Of a DNA stretch of 64,000 bases, positions 57,322 through 64,000 are shown in pieces. Location: NCBI GenBank assembly GCA_012295275.1, contig CM022665.1, positions 11,656,001 through 11,720,000 on the forward strand, in the 5' to 3' direction. The notes beneath the pieces are model-generated. The model saw nothing but the letters and a program-made list of their open reading frames with translations. It searched no databases and had not been told where the DNA came from. The stretch is from Chrysomallon squamiferum (lineage: Eukaryota; Animalia; Mollusca). Made by a program: the position numbers and the translations under genes. Each line of letters opens with the position of its first letter. Within the stretch, counting starts at the first letter, position 1.

Positions 57322-58625
57322 GCGTAATTTGTTTTTTTACGTATTACTGATAAGCTATTAATAATTTATGTAAAGCGACTGAGATAGACGTTTTGAACAA
57401 CAAATTCAGTCGTAATTTATCTAGATTATTATTATTATTATTATTATTTTTAAATAAAATAACATACACAGCGCTTAACTTGCAGTGTGCAATAATTGTA
57501 TCTGGGCAGCAACAAGATAATATATTACTGTAACGTCTTATAACTGTTTACAGAATGGCCATTTTTGTATTGTCAAAATTAGTTTCTAGATCAGATAAAG
57601 TAGTTTTTGTATTAGGACTGTGATGGTAGTGCTCAGTTACTCTGATGGTTACTGTAGTAGTGTTGGAGATGGCAGAAGTAGTTTTCGTTATTATTACATG
57701 TTAACGGTATCAGGAATCATAATTATAATAAGGTATGGTCAGGTGCGGTGAAGCGTATAACTGTTAAAAGGTAAACACTTTAGCTGACATATTTTTGTAA
57801 CAGTTTAGTAACAACTTGACGAAGTCTTCATGTAACCTGAAAATTAAAATTTTGAATATTTTGAATTGTAAGTATAACGTTTTCAAAGACAGCAGCTTAT
57901 TTTAGTTTGATGAAATTTAATTTCAAATTAAATTTACAGCAAACTATCGGAGTATGTTAGGAATTAGAAAATGTATTTATGGTGGAGTGAACATAATTTT
58001 AGCCTAAATATATTTTAAATGTTTTGGTGTGCTTCTGAATAATAATAAAGTATCACTATAAAATAGAAATCGTGAATGAAGATTGATATTTGGTACATAG
58101 AAATGCAAAAATATCTTTAGATTGAAGATATTAAATCAAGTTTTGTATGCATGGATTTTATGTATTTTCTTTTCAGTGTTTGAAAATCATGCAAGGGACA
58201 AACAAAATGGTTGTCATAAAACATTTAACAGGTGGTCATTATAAGCAGGTAGCTGTCATAGAGAGGTAGCCACATTAGCAGAAGTGACTTTACACAGCAT
58301 TTGATATTACTTAACATATACAGCTAGATCCATGAAACAAAATAAAAAACATATGTCAACAGTTTAAACACATTTTATGCCTCCACTATTTGATATCAAC
58401 AAAGGTTCAAGGAACAAAAACTGCAAAATAAAATAAGAAAACATATGTCAGCAGTTAATATTTTATTTTATATGAAATAACATAATATATGTTAACTGTT
58501 AACAACATATTTAATACATCTAGTATTTAATATTACTTACCAAATGTTGAAGGAGCAAAATCCATGAAATAAATTAAGACAGTACATGTCAGTAGTTTAT
58601 GATTGTATCCACAGATACCCTCCAT
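53812..58625 (-). CDS. Receptor E: B-type signal exon 58625-58541, lectin-like 57233-56958, CUB-like 55867-55484, stalk 55147-54959, TM 54722-54629, tail 54435-53812 (1-nt frameshift at ~54322)
   Basis: 8-Cys lectin-like exon of 276 nt. CUB-like exon DICAN...LKSPGFP...CTC...VWMEIKG. TM VIIIVISTILGILLVGAAITGVFVI followed by RRRFKRK. The tail ends CFMEDNELYYM. One A is missing in GAA-AA-GTA relative to an open frame. Use of this signal exon is uncertain. Confidence 0.75.
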
Positions 58626-58908
58626 GTTTAAAATATTTTAAATTACTTGTTTGCTTTGTGATACCCTAACTCTTGTTTTTGTGAGTACAAATTCTTCCTG
58701 GTTATGATTGTATCTAGAAAAAAGCCTGAAAAATCTGTCTGTGTAAAGAAGACAACTCTGACAGGCTGACCTATTAAAATATATAATACATGATTTGTGT
58801 ATGCTGTGTATTTCTGTTAATATTAACAGGATTGCATATACAGAAAAATGTATGCACACACATTCAGATACATGCATACTGATTTGTGTGTCTGTGCATG
58901 TGTGTTTG

Positions 58909-58943
<35 letters not shown>

Positions 58944-60350
58944 ATTTTCGTGTGTGTGTGTGTATGTGTGTGTTAATGTGGATGTGTTTGTGATTATGTG
59001 GGAGTAATTATTTTAAAAAGACATCCACCCCAAAATCCCTTCAGTAGAATGGTAGGTACACAACATGTATGTTATAATGATAGATATGAAATCATTTATA
59101 AAGTCACAGCTACTCTGAATGTGTTGTGTAATTATTTATGTGTATATGTACTGGTGTGTATGTGTGTGTGCATGTCTACATTTGCATGTGAGTATGTATA
59201 TGTATGTGTGTATGCATAATGTCTGTATGTATGTGAGTATGTATATATATATATGAGTATATATATAATGTGTGTATCTACATGTATATCAGATAACAGT
59301 TGTTATTTTAACTCAGATATCTCCATATATTCTGTTTCTGTTTTCATTTCTTGCTATACTTTTTTTTAACTTACATTTTTTATTTCTCAGAATACTCTGA
59401 TTATAAAGAGCATGTGAACAGACACTACTTTACACTTTTGTATGAAATCATTCAACTGTGACCAGTAAAGAGTCACTCAAATTAACTTGTACAGTGAAAC
59501 TCCTCTAAACCAAACCCTCTGTAAAATGAAGTCCCCAGTGAATATCTTGCTGTTTGAACCTAATCAGTTTACATAAGTGTCCAGCAAAGCAGCCATGAAT
59601 TTAACTCATTTTAATTGTTTCTTTTCCACAATGTTTATTCAGTCTAATAAGTAATTCTAAATTTAGTATGTTTCAAAGTTACTTCAATAAAGAATTTATA
59701 AAGAATTTAGAATTTAATATTTACTGTAAGCACATTTATATTTTTTTAAAGACAATTTCTTGAAACCTCATAAAATCAAATACCTCTTAAAAGCAAACAA
59801 TTGATTTGGGTGTTCAGGTTAGAGGAGTTTCACTGTATAATAAAAATCAGTGAGCAGAGTTTAATGTTTCACAATAATATTTAATATTAGCAGACATTAT
59901 GTACATTATTTTCACACTGAGATATCTTGTAGATACAGATATGATTTTATTTTTAAAATATTTTATAAAAATTATATCATTTTACTGATTATAACTAAGT
60001 AAGTAAAGATTTTACCATCAATTTTAAAATTAAGAGCTTTTTAAAAAAAAAAAAATGATTAAATATATAAAATAAATAAGTAAATATATAAAAAATAAAT
60101 GAATGAATAAATACATAAAATAAATAAGTAAATATAAATAAAAAAAAAAAAAAAAAAATTAATTAATTAATTAATTATTAGTAAGTAAATGAAATAAAAT
60201 AAATAAATATATAACAAAATAAATAAATAAATAAACTGCCAGAATATTAGACAGTCAAAATATAGAAACAAGAACACCGTAAATAATAAAACAAACAAAC
60301 AAGAACAATTCTAAAAACATGTTTTAAAATGTAAAAACAGAAACTTTTCT
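57823..60350. repeat. Segmental duplicate of ~35690-38070 (B-type intron 1, signal exon, promoter, MITE)
   Basis: Long collinear near-identity by eye, e.g. 35701-37800 vs 57841-59970. The duplication resumes at ~61480-64000 vs ~38200-41630. Confidence 0.93.
59492..59835. mobile_element. MITE, duplicated copy of 37342-37685
   Basis: TA|CAGTGAAACTCCTCTAA ... TTAGAGGAGTTTCACTG|TA with the same flanks, so it was copied by the segmental duplication. Confidence 0.75.
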
Positions 60351-60390
60351 TCATGAAAAGTCACAAAGAGTCTGTGAAAATACTGATTTT

Positions 60391-60935
60391 TAATACATCT
60401 AGTATTTGATATTACTTACCAAATGTTGAAGGAACAAAATCCATGAAATAAATTAAAATGTTTAAAATATTTTAGATTACTTGTTTGCTTTGTGATACCC
60501 TAACTCTTGTTTTTGTGAGTACAAATTCTTCCTGGTTATGAATGTATCTAGAAAAAAGCCTGAAAAATCTGTCTGTGTAAAGAAGACAACTCTGACAGGC
60601 TGACCTATTAAAATATATAATACATGATTTGTGTATGCTGTGTATTTCTGTTAATATTAACAGGACTGCATATACAGAAAAATGTATTCACACACATTCA
60701 AATACATGCATACTGATTTGTGTGTGTCTGTGCATGTGTGTAGGTGTGTGTGTGTGTGTGGTGTGTGTGTGTGTGTGTATGGTGTGTATGTATTTTCGTG
60801 TTTTGATGTATATGTGTGTGTATGTGGATGTGTTTGTGATTATGTGGCAGTAATTATTTTAAAAAGACATCCTCCTTCTGTAGAATGGTAGGTACACAAC
60901 ATATATGTCATAGTCATAGATATGAAATCATTTAT
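60391..60935 (-). pseudogene. Third, internally deleted copy of the B-type promoter and signal exon
   Basis: Matches 36372-36940 and 58511-59095. It keeps the TTTG|GTAAG donor at ~60419 but lacks the ATG-containing ~50 nt (junction aattaa/aatgtttaaa at ~60455). Confidence 0.7.
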
Positions 60936-60961
60936 GTGTGTGTGTGTGTGTGTAATTATAG

Positions 60962-61005
<44 letters not shown>

Positions 61006-61415
61006 TACACCCACGTATATATATATGTGCATGTGTATGCAAGTACCAATTTTAAAATTGAGAGCTTTTAAAATAATTAAATGAATAAATAAATAAAATA
61101 AATAACTAAATGGTAAGTAAGTAAATAAAATAAAATAAAATAAAACAAATACAAATTAAAATAAATAAATAAATAAACTCTGCCAGAACATTAGATAATC
61201 AAACTACAGAAACAAGAACAATGAAAATAATAAATTGCATCAAGCAGTACAAACAAGAACAACACTAAAAAAAAGTTTTAAGATGTAAAAAAGAAACTTT
61301 TCTACAAAGAGTCTGTGAAAATACTGATTAATAAAAATGTGAATTTAAACAACATGTAATGAAAATAACAACAAACAAGTACAACAAAAGTGACAGTTAT
61401 AATCTAAAGCACGTT

Positions 61416-61487
<72 letters not shown>

Positions 61488-61979
61488 ATTAAGCTAAATT
61501 TTTTGTTAAATATTCAGAATTACATGTTATTAACATCTATACATAAAAGATATCATCTTAGATTTGCTTTTCCTGTAAACAGAATTTCCACATTTAATGG
61601 CTATATGATGTCTTTATTCACTTTGCTGTACAATGATCCATTGAAAAGGGGAAAACGGTAACCTCTGCTCCACTGATTTCTGTTGTCAGTCTTTTCTTTT
61701 CTTTGATAAGTCAGTTGTAAGACAGTTGTAAATAGCACAATTGGAGCACTGAAGAGGAGAGAGCTTGTGACCTGTCATACATCAGACGTTTACTCTAACC
61801 ACTGAGCTAAAGTCCTCTACCCAGTCAACAGGAATCTGACATTTTAAACTTTTTTTTTTTATTTATTTTGTATTATGTTTAATGTAATTTGAAAAAGAAG
61901 AAAAAAACATTATGAACAAATCCCTATTTAACAATAATCATTTAATATGTATGTGTTTATATCATTCAAGTTCCCATTC

Positions 61980-63385
61980 TCAGACATCTGAAAAGTTTGA
62001 CATTTGTTCCTGTGGGATAATTAGCTGGTTATCACTCTGATAGTAAATATCATTAACTTTCATTTCATCATCTGGAACACATTTTGATTCTTGTTCTATA
62101 CCATTATCACTCTGATAGTAAATATCATTAACTTTCATTTCATCATCTGGAACACATTTTGGTTCTTGTTCTGTACCATTATCACTCTGATAGTCAATAT
62201 CATCGTCTTTGGTACAATAAACTTGATTGATGTCCATCAGTTTGTCAGGGACACAATTTTCAGAGTGCTCTGCAGTAAAATTGTCCTGTCCAGATGGTTC
62301 CATCTCCTCCAGGTTTATTTCGGTGTAGTTGCTGAAACGTTTGTCTAGTTCTGGGATTTCACAGTATAAGTTGCTGGATTCTTTGGGTTCAGGTTCATGA
62401 TGCGATTTGAAATTATTTTTCTTTATCCTGAAACAAACAGAAACAAACCACTTAATATTATTATTTATTTATTTATTTATTTTTTGGATTTGTTGTCCAT
62501 ATTGACAGTAGAAAGATCCTACATTCAAAGTATACAGAAATGAGGTCCAAGTTTGTTAAATTGAATTAATTTAACTTTGTGTATTTGTCTATTTTCCACA
62601 TAGGATTATGAATTAAATTCAGTGGACTTTAGATTATGTTATGAAAATATAAAGAAAAACATTATAATACTGAATTAATAGTAAAAAAGAAGAATTTTTT
62701 TTAAATATTAATAATAGATCTATAACATAATAGTAACAAATCAACTTAATAATAATAATAAAAAGAAGAAGAGGAAGAGGAAAAACAACAAAGCAACAAG
62801 AGCTACAGTAGCAACAACAACAACAGCAAAAAGAAGATGAACACAAAAAGATTAGATGCAAATTTTAAAGAACATTCAATTTCCTCATTTGTTATATAAT
62901 CAATCATCTACCTAACATTTATTTTTCAAATTCTTTTCCTCGACATTTCTACAAAAAAACAAGAACAAAAAATGTACTCTGATTAAGGATTTAAGAAAAG
63001 GATCATTTTTGAATGTATGTGTCCTTACTGTTTAGGTTTTAATCATAATGTATTACATGACAGTGCACACTAACGTGATTATTATATACATACCTGTAAA
63101 GATAACATACTCCTATTACAACTGTTGCAATAAACAAAACAACACCTACGACAGCAATAGGTATTATGATTATCTTGATATCGGTATCTGAAAATATAAA
63201 GCTATCTCTATAACATTAACAAAAAATATAATCTTAGTAATACCTCAGAATACTTTAGTATTAACTTGTATTTGAAAATAGAAGCCTTGTGTATTCACCA
63301 CTATTGAGTCCCTTAGAAAGAGGTTTATAAATACATGTATATGAGTGTTTGTCTGTGTGTCTCTATGTCTGTCTATCTTTCAAAT

Positions 63386-63420
<35 letters not shown>

Positions 63421-64000
63421 GTATATATGGTTGTATACATATATACTTACATATATGTGTGTGTGTGTTTATGTATGTGTCTATATATGTATGTAATTGA
63501 CTACTACTATTAATAATTCTAATATACAAGTGAATATTCTGTTGTACTGAACAATAAACAAATATGTATAACATTACAATTAAAATACAACATAACAACA
63601 ACAACAAAAAAGATACCTTCTTTCCCATTAAGTGCTGAGTAGTTGCTGAAAACTGAGGTACTGACATTGTTCAGCAGTTTTGTAGTGAAGAATGATGATG
63701 AAGTACTGTTATTATTCAGTTTTGTAGTGTCTAATGGTGATGAAGTACTGTTAATACTCAGTTTTGTAGTGTCTAATGGTGATGAAGTACTGTTATTATT
63801 CAGTTTTGTAGTGTCCAATGATGATGAAGTACTGTTAATATTCAGTTTTGTAGTGTCTAATAATGATGAAGTACTGTTAATACTCAGTTTTGCAGTGTTT
63901 GATGATAATGTGCTGCTGATAAACATGGTCACTGATGTTGATTGTGTTATTGTGGTTGAAGCTGTTGTCTGGTTCTTGCTGTGAGAAACTTCAGTAGACA
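61980..64000 (-). CDS. Receptor F, 3' part (C-type): stalk >64000-63617, TM 63187-63094, tail 62427-61980 with 2 NDIYY repeats
   Basis: Near-identical to C in stalk, TM, tail and the intervening introns. The visible stalk ORF is open. The gene continues beyond the window end. Confidence 0.85.
63690..63905 (-). repeat. Coding 42-bp stalk repeat, 5 units (DTTKLNINSTSSSL-like)
   Basis: Seen directly in ORF 63519-63932. A disrupted version lies at ~41340-41530 and a single unit at ~49110-49160. Confidence 0.9.

Noticed and set aside
57479-57562. Possible native signal exon of E (ATGGCCATT... to a GTTAAG donor)
   Set aside because: All three frames contain stops; at best it is a remnant.

Overview
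AT-rich, microsatellite-dense animal genomic DNA with GT-AG introns; an invertebrate, probably a mollusc (inference from repeat types and protein style). The + strand carries the last nine coding exons of the helicase gene ASCC3 (25085-30076). I found no upstream ASCC3 exon in 1-25084, so that stretch is probably one very large intron. The main content is a minus-strand family of six type-I membrane receptor genes, labelled here A 17259-23628, B ~32430-36486, C 38693-43968, D 47352-51812, E 53812-58625 and F 61980->64000. They share one exon-per-domain plan: signal peptide, 8-Cys SUEL/Gal-lectin-like domain (absent in A; outside the window for F), CUB-like domain, Ser/Thr stalk, TM helix and a tyrosine-motif-rich cytoplasmic tail. 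Near-identical ectodomains are joined to unrelated tails (C/F vs D; B vs E). The tails carry ITIM-like, ITAM-like and tandem 'NDIYY' motifs whose copy number differs between paralogs (12 vs 2). The cluster also shows segmental duplication, apparent gene conversion and pseudogenisation. It looks like an undescribed invertebrate paired-receptor cluster, possibly for immune or self/non-self recognition. All gene models were built by hand from splice signals and reading-frame phase, and no database searches were run.
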